A stretch of 60,021 nt of DNA from Chiloscyllium plagiosum (lineage: Eukaryota): assembly GCF_004010195.1 (NCBI RefSeq), contig NC_057719.1, positions 71,030,153 through 71,090,173 of the forward strand, written 5' to 3'. The notes under the pieces were generated by a model. It saw only the letters and a program-made list of their open reading frames with translations. It was not told where the DNA came from and searched no databases. Shown here in pieces: positions 12,706-26,009 of this stretch. Within the stretch, counting starts at the first letter, position 1; every line of letters begins with the position of its first letter. Both the position numbers and the translations under genes were made by a program.

Positions 12706-14177
12706 TTTTTAAATCAACTGGACAGAACATTACTGAAGTTCAAGGTTTAGCAGCTTCTTGATCCAACTTATGGTATGTCATTGGATCATATAACATTTTC
12801 AGATTCAATTGATTATTTTTCATCAAGTGAACCTTTACAATATAGCTGAAATATATCCTAGCATACTCTGTGACTAGTCAACTCTAAATTACTTATTTGC
12901 AACTTTGAAGACAAAATATAATGATATTTGCTAATGTTTTTGCAAGATGCATGACTATGAAGAACAAGTTTTTTTTTTAAAGAAGAATTATTATAAAGGT
13001 TTAAATTACAGTTTTAAATTTCCTTTGGTTTTGATCTGTGTCTTTGATGTCATCTGAACTCTTTGATTAAACTACTGCTTTGTAACATTTCCTAGGTTTC
13101 CATTATTATCCTATAGAATGAAAGCCCTGGAATCGTACTGTCAAAAAAAAATGACCTTTTTTCACTCTATTAACTGCCACGTGATGTTATTCATCATTGT
13201 TGCTAACACTGATAATGGTCTTTATTTTCTTGTCACAATGATCTGTCATGATGCATAGTGTTAGCAGTGTTTTCTTCAGTTTGTAAAATGAGATCTTTAA
13301 AAGTTAAACCTTCGATAGCAGTTGATCAATATCTGTATTGGACGCCCATGTTTAATTGGAAAAAGATTGTTGGTGCATGCTTTAAAATGCAATAATGATG
13401 CAAGATTGAGTAGCACTGCTACCTGTTGTAAGCTTTACTGCTGCTATAAATCTTAATAAAAAGATAATAAGTTAAATGGATGAGATGTTTTCTGTTTTAG
13501 TCATTTTTGAGGTATTCTCTGCTAATCTTTCCTTTATGATCCTCATTCTATATGGTTTTATATGGTTCCATCTTTCCCTTTCAAAGCTGCTGTGGTCACA
13601 TCTACTTCCTGCCTCTATGAAAGTGGGATTGCAGGGTGTGGTGCGAGCAAGTAAGGAGCACCTACTTCAGAGTGGGGCTTCCAGACACATTCCTGCTTCC
13701 TGGGGACTTACCACGAGGGAGCCAAAAGCTGTGGAGGGGTACCTGAATAGTCCAGTTAAGGAACTACTGTTTTATCAATTTCCGAATGGCTACTCATCAG
13801 ACACAGAGACTATCACGTTCATTGAGACAACCTCCCAGTAACAGGCAGGTATCTATTGGAGTCGTATCTCCACACTCCAAGGGTAGGGCTGCGGTGATAC
13901 ACAGTTGCAGTCCTAGAGCAGAATTTCCTCTTTCATCTGTAATTTCTAACTTCTTTCCAGTTTCGCAACACCACCTCTTCAGACAGGCTGCTGGCCAGAC
14001 ACTGCTTCTGGCTTTCTAACTGGGCTTTCCACCAGTCTTAATAGAATCTCAAATTAACATGCTATCTCTTAGAGGATGTGTCAGTGTGTGGGGTAATGAA
14101 AACAGTAAGTTTGGGTTCTTCAAATGTACCTGATGTCAATAATCCAGTCCTCTGCAAAATTCAGCCTTGCGCTGCTA

Positions 14178-14456
14178 ATTAGATTCCCTACAATGTGGAA
14201 ATAGGCTGTTCGGCCCAACAAGTCCACACTGACCCATTTCCCTCTGACTAATGCATCTAACACTATGGGCAATTTAGCATGGCCAATTCACCTGACCTGC
14301 ACATCTTATGTGAGGAAACCAGAGCGCCCAGAGAAAACCCACAGAGACACGGGGAGAATGTGCAAACTCCACATGGACAGTCACCCAAGGCTGGGATCGA
14401 ACCTGGGTCCCTGGTGCTGTGAGGCAGCAGTGCTAACCACTGAGCCACCGTGCTCC
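14178..14456 (-). mobile_element. HE1-type (V-domain) tRNA SINE
   Basis: Minus strand TGGCTCAGTGGTTAG A-box, GGTTCGATCC B-box, TGTGGAGTTTGCACATTCTCCCCGTGTC V-core. Confidence 0.9.
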
Positions 14457-14469
14457 ACTGTACCATCCT

Positions 14470-14877
14470 GCATCATCTCCAGCTAACCCATACTCTCCTT
14501 ATTACATCATTGACATCTACTCCCCCATGTCTGTAATTTATATACTTTTGCTTCTCCCATTTTTCTAATTTTCTCCAGTTTTAAGAGCCTCCCTCCACCC
14601 TCCCAAATTATGCAGTTCCTTGTTTCTCGCATATCCTCGCCCCTACACTTTTTTCTTCAACACTGTGAGGCTGCCTTCAGCCACTTATTCCTTGTGCTGT
14701 AAAATTCCCATTGTAAGCCATCTCCAACTCCCTTTATTTCTTTAAGACCCTCCTTGGAACCTAGCTCTTTGCTCTTTTAGTTGCCCCTCCTGATTCCAAT
14801 CATCTTTTTTATAACATTACTGTAAAGCACTTTGGAAAGTTTTTACATTACTATACGAGTTTGTAACTTATTGTTGT
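14470..14877 (+). mobile_element. L2-like LINE 3' end, old
   Basis: CTTTAAGACCCTCCTTGGAACCTAGCTCTTTG...TGTAAAGCACTTTGG; similar to 26620-26860. Confidence 0.5.
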
Positions 14878-15399
14878 ACAACTATGTCAAATCGATTCCA
14901 TTGGTATTGAAGTATGTTTTGAATTAAATTCTGTTTATTGTCTCGTACTCACAAAGTTTACAAGCTGCCACTTACAGTGCTATCATGGATACAAAAGTAC
15001 CTCGATACAGAATCTTAGTTACAAAGCAGACAAATAAGGAAAACGCAAAAACACATTTAACAATTTGACAACCACAGTCCATAAATGCCTAGCCATGCTG
15101 GTCTCTCACTGCTCACAAGGGTTCGACCTCAGTCCCATACTGATCCAGGCTGCTTGCTCTTACCACCTTGCAGCCTGTTCCTGCTCCTGTCAGCCCTCCC
15201 TCGGCTGTCTTCTCCCGTTCTCACCTCCAGCCGCGAGACCATTTTACTTGTTATAATTAGACTTTTAATGGCTTTTAATGTTGAAAAGTTTTGTAACGTT
15301 AAACTAGAGTGAGCAGGTTTCATATAATTTAAGGATATGATAGTCAACAGAACAGAAAGTCCAGTACGCATAAGAAAAGAGGAAACTTGACTTGTAACA

Positions 15400-16020
15400 A
15401 CTGAGAAGTAAGCAAGTCTGAAACAGCTAAGAATTGAAACAGCTGCATTGTCCTCTTGCCCCTCCAGAATGGTGTACCAAGAACACAGGGTAAAGTTCCT
15501 GCATATAAATTTTACCCAGAATGACCTTGTGCTATTCAATCCATGGCTGTGACCTAGAGTAAGGTATGGGATCAAAAGTTTGGCATTTTAAATAGTTCAC
15601 CTCATGTGCTGACACACTTCTATGTATACATAGACAACATATATGAAAAGATTGAGAGTTATTCCATATTCTTACATGTACTGGAATGTCCTTAACTTAA
15701 GCAAATGCTCCCTCAACACAATCCCTCAGGTTGGTAAATCTAAGTTTCCACTTTTCCAGTATCGTTGAAGTTTTGTATGAAAAGATGGCTTATTCAGGTA
15801 TGCTTTGGAAGGTATTTCAGAAAATAATTCCTTGCCAAAGATTCTTCAACTTGGACTCTTATTGGGAAAGGGGAAGATGTGCTCCAAATTCTGATTGATG
15901 CACCAAATTTGGAATTATACTCAACAGCCAAGAATAGTCAATATGTCACCGAGTTAACCCCCTGGTGTTCCAAAAGAATGTTAATTCCCCATTATTCCAA
16001 AATCCCAATATGGGATTTTA
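15400..16020 (-). mobile_element. Possible very old L1-like ORF2 remnant
   Basis: Minus strand KLQRYWKSGNLDLP (compare L1/Tx1 LQ...GGL.LP), preceded by W...IRVQV; heavily frameshifted. Confidence 0.3.
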
Positions 16021-16042
16021 AAAATGGTGTTTTAAACTAACC

Positions 16043-16264
16043 TGTGGGTTTCGTCCAGTTTCCTCCCATGATCCAAAGATGTGCAGGTTAGGTGAATTGG
16101 CCATGCTAAATTGCCCATAGTGTTCAGGGATGTGTAGGTTAGGTGTATTAGTCAGGGGGAATGTCGAGTAGTAGGGGAATGGGTCTGGGTGGGTTACTCT
16201 TCAGAGGGTTGGTGTAGACTTGTTGGGCCAAATGGCCTGATTCCACACTGTAGGGATTCTGTGA
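16043..16264 (+). mobile_element. 5'-truncated HE1-type SINE
   Basis: TTTCCTCCCA..CCAAAGATGTGCAGGTTAGGTGAATTGGCCATGCTAAATTGCCC...TTCCACACTGTAGGGATTCT. Confidence 0.85.
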
Positions 16265-17599
16265 TAACATCTAAGCTGGATTGATTTAAGGAGAATCATT
16301 ATTTTGACAGTTTCAACAAAATGCACATTCATAAAATGAGCGTTAATGTTGATTTGAAATAATTGTATTTAGTTTTAATTTTCACATCTCTTTAAATCTA
16401 GATATCAGTTTAAGAACTTGCATACCTTTCTGAACATTTTGATTGACAGTATGATCGTGATGAGTGATATTGCGTTGAAACACAACTTCAGCTGAGAAGT
16501 GTTAGATGTTAGAGGACCTGCCTTAATGTGTGGTAATGCCAATCTTAGTGTGACTAATAGATAATGAACTATCCTCAAAATAATAGCAAATGTTTAGGAA
16601 TCAACTTTTGAGTGACTAATGCTAGGAAGTACAGCCACCTTTTAAGCTAACTGTTTAGCGCAAAAATGACAGTCATATTTGCTTCCCATGTTACTATGAA
16701 TCGAGGTGGTCTTAGCTTACCTGAAGCTATCATTATAAAATGATCCTGGAGAGATTTAGACTGGGATTGTGAAAGAACAACCTGTTCCAGAAAATTACTA
16801 TTTTATTCTCCAGTGAATGGTGCTATTTATGTTGTCTACTTTGTAAAACTGCCGTGCAACTAGCTATGCACTGTGTTTTATAATTTTATTTTGATATTTT
16901 AAAAATTATTATTCAATTTATTTCAATACATCAATATGAAAGAGAAAACATTGCAGCTATTAGTTTATCTCAACTTTGGCACTCATCTGTGTGCTGATAC
17001 AGGCAGGGAGATCGGAGCAGAAAATTTACATAGATTAGCTTCTCAGCTACAGGTGGAAATAGATGTAATAACACAGCAGAGACAGTGGTAAATTCACTAG
17101 TGATTGCTTTGGGTAAACAGATAGCAATAATGATGCTTCACATTATAAGTAATTATGCACATTTTTCACAGAGGTTTATCTTTTAACACCTCTTGTTGAA
17201 ATACCATAGAAGTTTAAATAAATATGGTGAACTACAGATATTATTCAGTATTGGATATGTTATCCTGCAAGTCCGAATTTGTTAAGTTAAATCAGTGCAA
17301 AGTTTAATGAACAATTGTATAATTTGGAGTAAATCACTTTCAACAAAAATATGAAAAATATAGAATCTCTGACTTAAAATATAACGAGGAAGTATTTCTA
17401 GAATGTTAGACAATGGGAATCATAAATGCATAATGTCTTAAGTAAGATTATGGAGAACTGTGTGTCTGCTTACTATACTGTGACTTTAACTAAAGTTTTC
17501 AATGATATCAGGGAAAAGCTTGTAAAGACCGCATCATTTTAGTTTTAATTATTTTTGGCTGCAGACTGTTTTGAAAACCAAGGACTAGGGATGGAATTT

Positions 17600-18292
17600 T
17601 GACACTTTTTAAAACAAATCCGTGGGAATCTTTGTGAGTTGTGTTTTCACTGTTGCTTTGCAGGCAAGTGTAGGAGGTGAGATAAAGAGGTATGTTGTAT
17701 GTGCAGAGTGAAATTCAACTGATATCAGGTAGTTGATTGGTTTGTGCCGTTGTTACTAGTAGATGACAAAGTTCATCAGCCTAGTGACAAGTCTCTGATT
17801 GGTTCTTGTGCGAATGATACAGCCGCAGAAAGGTTTTCAGACTGGAAGAAGCAGAGTTTCTACCTCTCTGCACCAAGCCTGGTGAAGTATTCTCCTCCAC
17901 CTTGTACTGTAAGCTGGTGCCTTGAACCAGTGATTGTGAAACTAAACAATTAATGTGAAAAATCCCTGTGCCCCCTTCAACAAAGAATGAATCTGGAAGG
18001 AAGGACTTTAAAAAAACAGTAGATCTTGAGAGGAAAAATGGGCACCCCACCTAAGCCTGTAGAATGGTGCTTTTGAATTATGTGTTTTCCACTTTTTCTC
18101 ATCCATTCATAAGACCCATATTTTGGGGAGGTGGGGGTGGTGATGGTGGTGGGGTGTGCATGCGTATTTTAAAGAATGGGGTTGAGGTTTAATTATTAGA
18201 GTTGTATCTTGATAGTTTGAGTTTACTTGTAATAAATTTATTTGTAATAAATAGTTATTTTAATTAAGTGCGGGAAGCCAGTCAATGGTGTC
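17600..18292 (+). mobile_element. Solo-LTR-like repeat
   Basis: Poly(A)-signal region GTAATAAATAGTTATTTTAATTAAGTGCGGGAAGCCAGTCA resembles 32395-32445(-) and 51530-51570. Confidence 0.4.
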
Positions 18293-18749
18293 TAATGGGG
18301 ATTGTAACCACTGCCCTCGAATTGTTTCATTTACCTTTGCTTTTATAAAATTTTCTCTTGTTCCTTTCTTATTTTATTTTCTTTGCTTTTGGATAGAAGA
18401 TCTTCAAGATTCTGACATTCACACCACTTCCAGACATGCCTTCTTTTTTCTTTACTTGTTCAAGTTTCATTATTATTCTTTTGGCCATGCACTACTTTTT
18501 CCTGGCCTTCACTGTACTGTTTTGTTTTATTTGCCACACTCGCCGCTTTCACTTGCTCAAAACTATGGCATTGTAAAGTATTCTTATTTCTGGGGAAAAG
18601 TCACAGACCTGAAACATTATCGTTGTTTTCTTGTTCTTAGTATGCCAGACCTAGTTAGAATATCCAGCACTATCTGTTCTAGTGTCAAATTTCCATCCAC
18701 AATATTTTGCTTCTATACATTTTTTTTAAATGCCACTGATCTTCAATTA

Positions 18750-18945
18750 GACAAAAGTGAGGACTGCAGATGCTGGAAACCAGTGTTTAGATCAGAGTGA
18801 TGCTGGAAAAGCACAGCAGGTCAGGCAGCATCCGAGGAGCAGGAAAATCGACGTTTCGGGCAAAAGCCCTTCCTGATGAAAGCTTTTGCCCGAAACGTCG
18901 ATTTTCCTGCTCCTCGGATGCTGTTCCAGCACCACTCTGATCTAA
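18750..18945. mobile_element. PLE family-A fold-back mini-insertion (inverted pLTR pair)
   Basis: Antisense arm about 18750-18872 and sense arm 18872-18945 are complementary; 16-bp direct repeat CACTGATCTTCAATTA at 18734-18749 and 18946-18961. Confidence 0.85.
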
Positions 18946-19352
18946 CACTGATCTTCAATTACCATTCCTTTTAATCTGGAATTTCAATCTTCCTTAGCCA
19001 ATTTACATTCTCCAACCTGCATAGAGTCATTAATCAAACTTTAGCTTTGGGCTTACCGAAATCATGGCAAACTCAATATAACATTATTTCTTGTTATGTT
19101 CCCTTTATCACAGAAATATTAATTAACCTTTTTCTCATCATCCAATGCTAGATCTAAAATTGTCCCTTCTCCAGTTGCTGTGCTGTATATCTCTATGACT
19201 CTATAGCAGAAAATCCTTGATTGTATTTAATGGCAGAGCAGTGCTTGACAAGTGGAGTTTTCTGCTGCTGCTCTTAGTTCTCATGTTTTTCGACAACACA
19301 AAGCAACTTGCAGTTAAATGTGAAAATTAGAAAATCAAGTTACTTTGTGATC

Positions 19353-21075
19353 TATCATATTCTTAGCCTCATTGCACTGCTAAAGAATACATGTGATGTT
19401 TGATGGGGTAAGACAAACAAGAATTTTATTTAAGAAATATCTTTCTGTAGTTTCAGCTGACCACAAGAATGCAAGAGCTCAAAATCATATGGCATGGCAT
19501 TACATCACTTTCTGTGATAACGTATTAGATCTGTCACACAATCTGACTGAACTCTCTCCATTACATCTGCCCCACTCCCCTGAATCATGAATTCTACCTG
19601 TTTTCCTTTTTAAAGGAACATTTTCTGTAGCTCTTTCTCTGGACTACCTGAACATAGTTTCTGTTTCTTCTGTGGTGTTGGGAATTTCAGTCATGCGTGG
19701 TCTCCTGAATGAAGTGAGAATTGACAGATAATTCAAAGTCAGCAATCAGACCATCATCTGGATCGCTTGAAGAATGCAGCATCCCTGGTCGAAACAACTA
19801 TTTTGGCTGTATAGAGGTTTCTTCTGTGCAGAAATTAATGTATGTATGTATGCTGCACAGTACCACTTTCTGTTTAAATGAGATAGAAATATGGATACAG
19901 TGCATAATCCAGTGTTTGCTCATAATGAACTTAGTATTAAATCCAAACTAGATCTCTTGGTTTGAGGTCTGGTACATTTGTGGCTGTTATCAAAGTAAAA
20001 GTTTCCAAATCTCCTTGTTCAAGCAGGATCCTTTACTGAGTTATGGGATAAATCATTTGTGACCTGCTTTGCCAGGACGTATTGTGTCTTTGCATCAAAC
20101 CACATCATTCTTCAGCTGAATCATTGTACTCTGGGAGGCTTCCTTGCTGACATCTTAGAATGAAAGAATTAAAATTAAGGTTTTGTGGTCTGTCTTTCTT
20201 GAAGTGAAGACCACAAACATAGAGTGCAAACTTTTAACAAGCCTTTGTAGCAGCTAATTCTTCTTTTTCTATCACAACATATTTCTGCTTAGTCTTTGTC
20301 AGTGAATAACTGCATTGTAACTGGTCCATGCTTTCCATCCATCTCAATTTGAAAGAATACAACTCCTAGTCTGTAGAAGTTGCATCTGCAAAAATGATAG
20401 TGGATAGCTCGATGTCAAAGTTAGCTAAAGTATTAAATGATATCAAAATCTTATGGATTTTTCTCAAAAGATTTGTGGTTCCTCCCAGCAACATTTATTG
20501 TCTCGCCATAACAATTGACATAATAGCTCATTAATGACAACTAGGTTGGACGATGAATATCTGAGCTTACTTGGTTTATTCTGAATTTCTTGAGCTCCCA
20601 CATATTCTGACAAACTGTTAACTCTTTAGTGATTCTTGTCTTCCAGGGATCAACTCTGACGCCAGTGCATTCACAAAAGGTCAAGGAGCTTGACAATTGG
20701 CTGTGAGAATTTCTTTCTTTTTGGGTGAGTGTCCTTCTTCCTGCAGGTTTTACTGCACAGCTCACCCTCTGGCATCATGTTCTGTCTGAGTGAATCCCTG
20801 AATCAGCACACCCGCCATGGGACATATGATGACACTCAGTTCTTCTAGGATGCTTAACATTCTTGTTTAGGTGATTCCTGGCATTGACACAATGCCAAAG
20901 AGTAATCTGTTGAAATAAAACCTTCCAAATATTGTAATAATGTTGTGAGCAATTTAGACTCTTCTTCAAGGGGTAGTTATTAAAAAGCAAATACTTGCAT
21001 CAAGCTTTGAAGATAATTTTTTTCCCTATTTTTGCTGACCTCTCATCAATTAACAGCATAAGTCCTATGTATGTG
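19353..21075 (-). mobile_element. Degraded Ty3/Gypsy LTR retrotransposon: RT, RNase H, integrase C-terminus, PPT and 3' LTR
   Basis: Minus strand with frameshifts: SKLDAS, LPLEEESKLLTT, FGRFYFNRLLFGI, TQTEHDAR (RT); IFADATST, KYVVIEKEELA, TDHK (RNase H); VPDLKPRDLVWI...TESGTV (IN tail); PPT AGGGGAGTGGGGCAGA (19581-19566) directly followed by TGTAAT; AATAAA within the LTR. Confidence 0.85.
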
Positions 21076-21786
21076 GATGCTGAATCTCTTGCTGAGACAT
21101 TGGTATGGCATATCTTCTGAAAACGACAGAATTGGGATTTCCAACATTTAACTGTTCATGTGCAGGTGCCTGAAATTATTGTCAATTTATTCCTTATTGA
21201 TCTCATGGTTATTATTACCGCAAACATCAGACCAATATGTTCATTTATTGTCCCTTTTTCATCATTGAAATATAATAACTTGTTGCATGGTTTATAATTC
21301 ATAATGATTCAATTCAAATTTTGGCTCACTAGCTTTTATTCTTTACATAAACTTTAACCCTGATCTTCTTGTAATTCATAGTTCCTGTGCTATAGCTTGT
21401 TCAGAAAATACAGCATTCCTCAAGTTAATTTTTGTGTTTCCCCCATGTCCTAAGTAATTTAAGCAATTATATGGTATATGTAAAATAGTACAAGCTATTG
21501 AAATTCAAAAATATATTTTGTCAGTGGGAATAAAGTCAAAGTGAACTGAAATTCAATGCAAGGTTAAACAAAAGTAAATGCTGCTTATATTGGTGGCATA
21601 TCATCAAGTTCATCTTAATAGAGAAGGTTGGCAGGTCCATAATTTTAATAAGTCCTCACAAGCTTGAATTTAAAAATCAATAAAGTGTTACAATTTACAG
21701 TGAGGTAAGTTGATGTATGGAACATTGGTGTCTAATGCATGGTTTGAATGCATTATGTCAATACAAGTGATTTATTTCTTTGAGTT

Positions 21787-22116
21787 TTTTTATTAATTCA
21801 CGGGATGAGGGCATCCTTGGCTTGGCCAACATTTATTGCCCATCCCTCATTTTCCAGAGGGCTATAGAGTCACATATATAGGTCAGACCTAGTAAAGACA
21901 GCAGTTTCCTTCCCTAAAGGACATTAGTGAACCAGATAGGCTTTTCTGACAAGCGACAGCGGTTTTGTGGTCATCATGAGAATCATAATTCTAGATTTTT
22001 ATTAAATTCAAGTGCCACCATCTGCCATGGCAGGATTTGAACCAGGGTTCCTGGACCATTACGTGGATCTCTGGATTAACAGTGTAGTGATAATACCACT
22101 AGGCCATCACCTCCCC
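21787..22116 (-). mobile_element. Full-length tRNA-derived SINE sharing head and tail with the 9.5-kb LINE
   Basis: Minus strand GGGGAGGTGATGGCCTAGTGG (A-box), GGTTCAAATCC (B-box), tail GGGATGGGCAATAAATGTTGGCC...AATAAAAAA. Confidence 0.85.
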
Positions 22117-22581
22117 TTGTTCTGTAGAAATGCTTCCTTTCTCTCTCAAACATGACGCAGTCATCTCTGTTTAGCAAATAAACAACAGGAGAGTGGGAAG
22201 AAATAGGTTAGCATCAAATCAATTTCAAACCATCTATCTGGAATAAATTCTTCTTTGCCTTTGCAAAATAACAGATCATCCATTGTGTGAGTAAAACAAA
22301 AGCTATTTTTTGTGCATTGTTATGCAGCTTTCCAATATGATCAAATAAGTTTTTTTTAGTCTGAAAAGCTGTTCATTGTTAATTACTTGCTGTTAACTAA
22401 TGTGAACATGAATCGTTAAAGACAGTGTGACCTGTAAATGGTAAAGATTAGAAGGGATTTTAAAATCTGTATTGTTAAGGGCAGGAAGGGTGGGGAGAGA
22501 ATGCAGATCTTCTGTTGGCTATTTATTGTCAACGTTTGCTGCAAGTATTTGGAGCAGCAAGCCAATGTAAGGTTTGTCATT

Positions 22582-23234
22582 GAGTTATAGAGTCATAGAA
22601 CCATACAGCACAGAAACAGACCCTTCAGTTTAACTTGTCCATGCCAACCATGTTTTCTAAACTAAACTAGTCCCATTTACCTGCATTTGGCCCATATCGC
22701 TCTAAACCTTTCCCATTCATGTACCTATCTAAATATCTTTTAAATGGTGTAACTGTACTTGCATTTACCATTTCCTCTGACAGTTCATTCCACATACAAA
22801 CTACCCTCTGCGTGAAAAAGCTGCTGTTCAGGTCTCCTTTAAATCTTTTTCCTGTCACCATAAAATTTTGCCCTCCAGTTTTGAACTTGCCCCCACTTTT
22901 GAGAAAAGACTTTGGTTTCTCACATTATCTATGACCCTTGTGATTTTACAAACCTCTATAAGGTTACCCCTGAATCTTCTACGTTCAACTGAAACAGTCC
23001 CAGCCTGTCCAGCCTCACCTTATAACTCAAATCCTCCAGTCCTGGTAACATCCTTGTAAATCTTTTCTGCACTCTTTCAAATCGAAGAATATCCTTCTAA
23101 AACAGGGTGACCAGACTGTACACAGTACTCCTCATAAATGGCGTTATCAATGTCCTGTATCACTGCATGCCGTCGCTAAATGCCTTTGTTACCACCCTGA
23201 CTACCTATGATGCAACTTTCAAGGAACTATGCCC
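22582..23234 (-). mobile_element. CR1 LINE 3' end, cut by assembly gap
   Basis: ORF 22667-22861(-) FFTQRVVCMWNELSEEMV; (CATAGAGT)-type tail. Confidence 0.88.
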
Positions 23235-23734
23235 NNNNNNNNNNNNNNNNNNNNNNNNNNNNNNNNNNNNNNNNNNNNNNNNNNNNNNNNNNNNNNNNNN
23301 NNNNNNNNNNNNNNNNNNNNNNNNNNNNNNNNNNNNNNNNNNNNNNNNNNNNNNNNNNNNNNNNNNNNNNNNNNNNNNNNNNNNNNNNNNNNNNNNNNNN
23401 NNNNNNNNNNNNNNNNNNNNNNNNNNNNNNNNNNNNNNNNNNNNNNNNNNNNNNNNNNNNNNNNNNNNNNNNNNNNNNNNNNNNNNNNNNNNNNNNNNNN
23501 NNNNNNNNNNNNNNNNNNNNNNNNNNNNNNNNNNNNNNNNNNNNNNNNNNNNNNNNNNNNNNNNNNNNNNNNNNNNNNNNNNNNNNNNNNNNNNNNNNNN
23601 NNNNNNNNNNNNNNNNNNNNNNNNNNNNNNNNNNNNNNNNNNNNNNNNNNNNNNNNNNNNNNNNNNNNNNNNNNNNNNNNNNNNNNNNNNNNNNNNNNNN
23701 NNNNNNNNNNNNNNNNNNNNNNNNNNNNNNNNNN
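23235..23734. other. Assembly gap (500 N)
   Basis: Run of exactly 500 N. Confidence 0.99.
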
Positions 23735-23736
23735 TA

Positions 23737-23987
23737 GTGGCACAGTGGTTAGCACTGCTACCTCACAACGCCAGAGACCCGAGTTCAATTCCCGGCTCAG
23801 GCGACCCACTGTGTGGAGTTTGCACATTCTCCCCGTGTCTGTGTGGGTTTCCTCCCACAGTCCAAAGATGTGCAGGTCAGGTGAATTGGCCATGCTAAAC
23901 TGCCTGCAGTGTTAGGGGTAGGTGGTGGGTTGGTGTGGACTTGTTGGGCCAAAGGGCCTGTTTCCACACTGTAAGTAATCTAATCTT
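23737..23987 (+). mobile_element. HE1-type SINE
   Basis: GTGGCACAGTGGTTAGCACTG...V-core...GTAAGTAATCTAATCT tail. Confidence 0.9.
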
Positions 23988-24562
23988 AAAAAAAAGTAAT
24001 CTAATATAAAGTAAATGACTATTACAGTTGTTGTCTTGGGTTTATTTATTCTGCTTTATCAGCTATTTCAGAAATGTTTCTGTAGTTGAGGCTTAACTTC
24101 TCTTTCTTTTCTCACAGCCCCAACATTGAACTAAGATACGAAACGTTCGGGGTGAAATTTGCAATAGTCTGTACCACTTGATGGATTCTCTGCACGCAAC
24201 AGTTGCAGAATTGGGTATACAATTGTACTAATTTTGCGGATGAAACTTTACATCCTTTTTTAAAGGCTGTCTTACAAGATTTGGAACATCTCACAAACCT
24301 ACTTACCGAGGTGAAAGTCATCTGCAATGTTAGGTTCACTGTATCAACATTTTTGCTGTTTCTTTGATGTCAGGTGATTTGAGTATTCAATGCTGTTCTA
24401 AATGTGTTGCAAAGTGATGCTGTGGAAGAGGATATCACAAGACACCAATAGAGTTCAGGTGGAGAAATCTTGAAACCAAAACAAATATTACTTGTCCAGA
24501 CTTGCAAGACAGATCCAGATTTGTCAACTTTGCTTCACAGGACATGCTGATAAAGAAATTGA

Positions 24563-24658
24563 GGTCAAAAAGTGTGGCACTGGAAAAGCAGAGCAGGCCA
24601 GGCAGCATCCAAGGAGCAGGAAAGTCGACGTTTCGGGCATAAGCCCTTAATCAGAAAT
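24563..24658 (-). mobile_element. PLE family-A pLTR fragment with hammerhead-like motif
   Basis: Minus strand CTGATTAAGGGCTTATGCCCGAAACGTCGAC. Confidence 0.75.
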
Positions 24659-25612
24659 AGTGCCATCACCTGAAATGATACCATCTGTTGCATAATAATT
24701 TGTGTCCACAATCTGATTTTTGAATCAGTTCCTCACTTAGACATTAAAGTTGCAATGAAACTTTCATGTTGCCGCATCTTTTGAAGTAACAATCTCCAAT
24801 CCACAAATGATTCAGGGAATTACAAACACTAGATTTGCAATGGCAGCATCTTCAGCATTTTCCCTCTGCATGAGCCATTGACTATAAGTCGTACCATTGC
24901 TGGCTCAAGACTATTCATTTTGACCCCATGACTTTCATAAAGAATTTGCGGTTGAGGAGTGCTGTTGTTGTGTCTGATGACAGCAGCAGTTAGGTATGCC
25001 AGTGACCATTATTTACATAGTCTTCTGATGCTTTTATTTTGATGTTTACATGGTTGATTTACTATTTATAAGGAGAAGAAAAAGTCAGATGGCTTTCAGA
25101 GTTTCCCTCTGCAGCTATGCCTAATGTTTCTAAACAGGTTAGAAGCACCTTTGGTCAAAAACAGACTCTTAAAAAGGGGGAAACATGATGTTTCAACACA
25201 CCTCCAAAACACTAAAGTAGAGCCTTTAAACTTTAAGTTTGTGCAGTGGTTTATGTGCCTCTCAAATAGAAGTGCAAAAGTGAGGATATACCAATCTGAA
25301 CCTGATACTGCCATGTTTTTATTTCCTTGGCAGCTGTGACTTTATAGACTCTATTGACTCAGAAGTTGAAACTGGTATTTGGCTGGCTTCTGACATTCAG
25401 TCTAAATGGGATCAGCTCCGGTACAACTCTGCAGGAAAACGTACCATTACCTCCATATCAAAGGAAGCAGTTTTATCTACTTATCTCTGTATCATAATGA
25501 ATAGTTACTTTTCATCACTCCTGTCTTCAAAACTACCTATTTTACTGTAGTCCATAGCTATTTAAGAGCTGTTACTCCAGAAGATTTTACACTTCCCAGC
25601 GACAGGACAACT

Positions 25613-26009
25613 TAGAGTCATAGAGTCATAGAGATGTACAGCATGGAAACAGACCCTTCAGTCCAAACCGTCCATGCCGACCAGATATCCCAACCCAATC
25701 TAGTCCCACCTGCCAGCACCCGGCCCATATTACTCCAAACCCTTCCTATTCATATACCCATCCAAATGCCTCTTAAATATTGCAATTGTACCAGCCTCCA
25801 CCACTTCCTCTGGCAGCTCATTCCATACACGAACCACCCTCTGCGTGAAAAAGTTGCCCCGTAGGTCTCTTTTATATCTTTCCCCTCTCACCCTAAACCT
25901 ATGCACTCTAGTTCTGGACTCCCTGACCCCAGGGAAAAGACGTTGTCTATTTACCCTATCCATGCCCCTCATAATTTTGTAAACCTCTATAAGGTCACCC
26001 CTCAGCCTC
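25613..26009 (-). mobile_element. Young CR1 LINE 3' end
   Basis: ORF 25730-26107(-) RLRGDLIEVYKIMRG...FFTQRVVRVWNELPEEVVEAG; (AGAGTCAT)n tail. Confidence 0.92.

Noticed and set aside
13476..14166. 121-aa and 77-aa ORFs as host exons
   Set aside because: No recognisable domain; the region ends in AAAATTCAGCC like a decayed non-autonomous DNA transposon end, too weak to annotate
18285..18800. 171-aa hydrophobic ORF as a membrane protein
   Set aside because: T-rich, probably an old PLE 3' region running into the fold-back insertion; compositional artefact
20766..20906. Apparent minus-strand exon (TTTCAACAG ... AGG|GTGAGC)
   Set aside because: Lies within the Gypsy RT remnant and has stops in all frames
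23107..23915. Four long ORFs
   Set aside because: Artefacts of the 500-N gap
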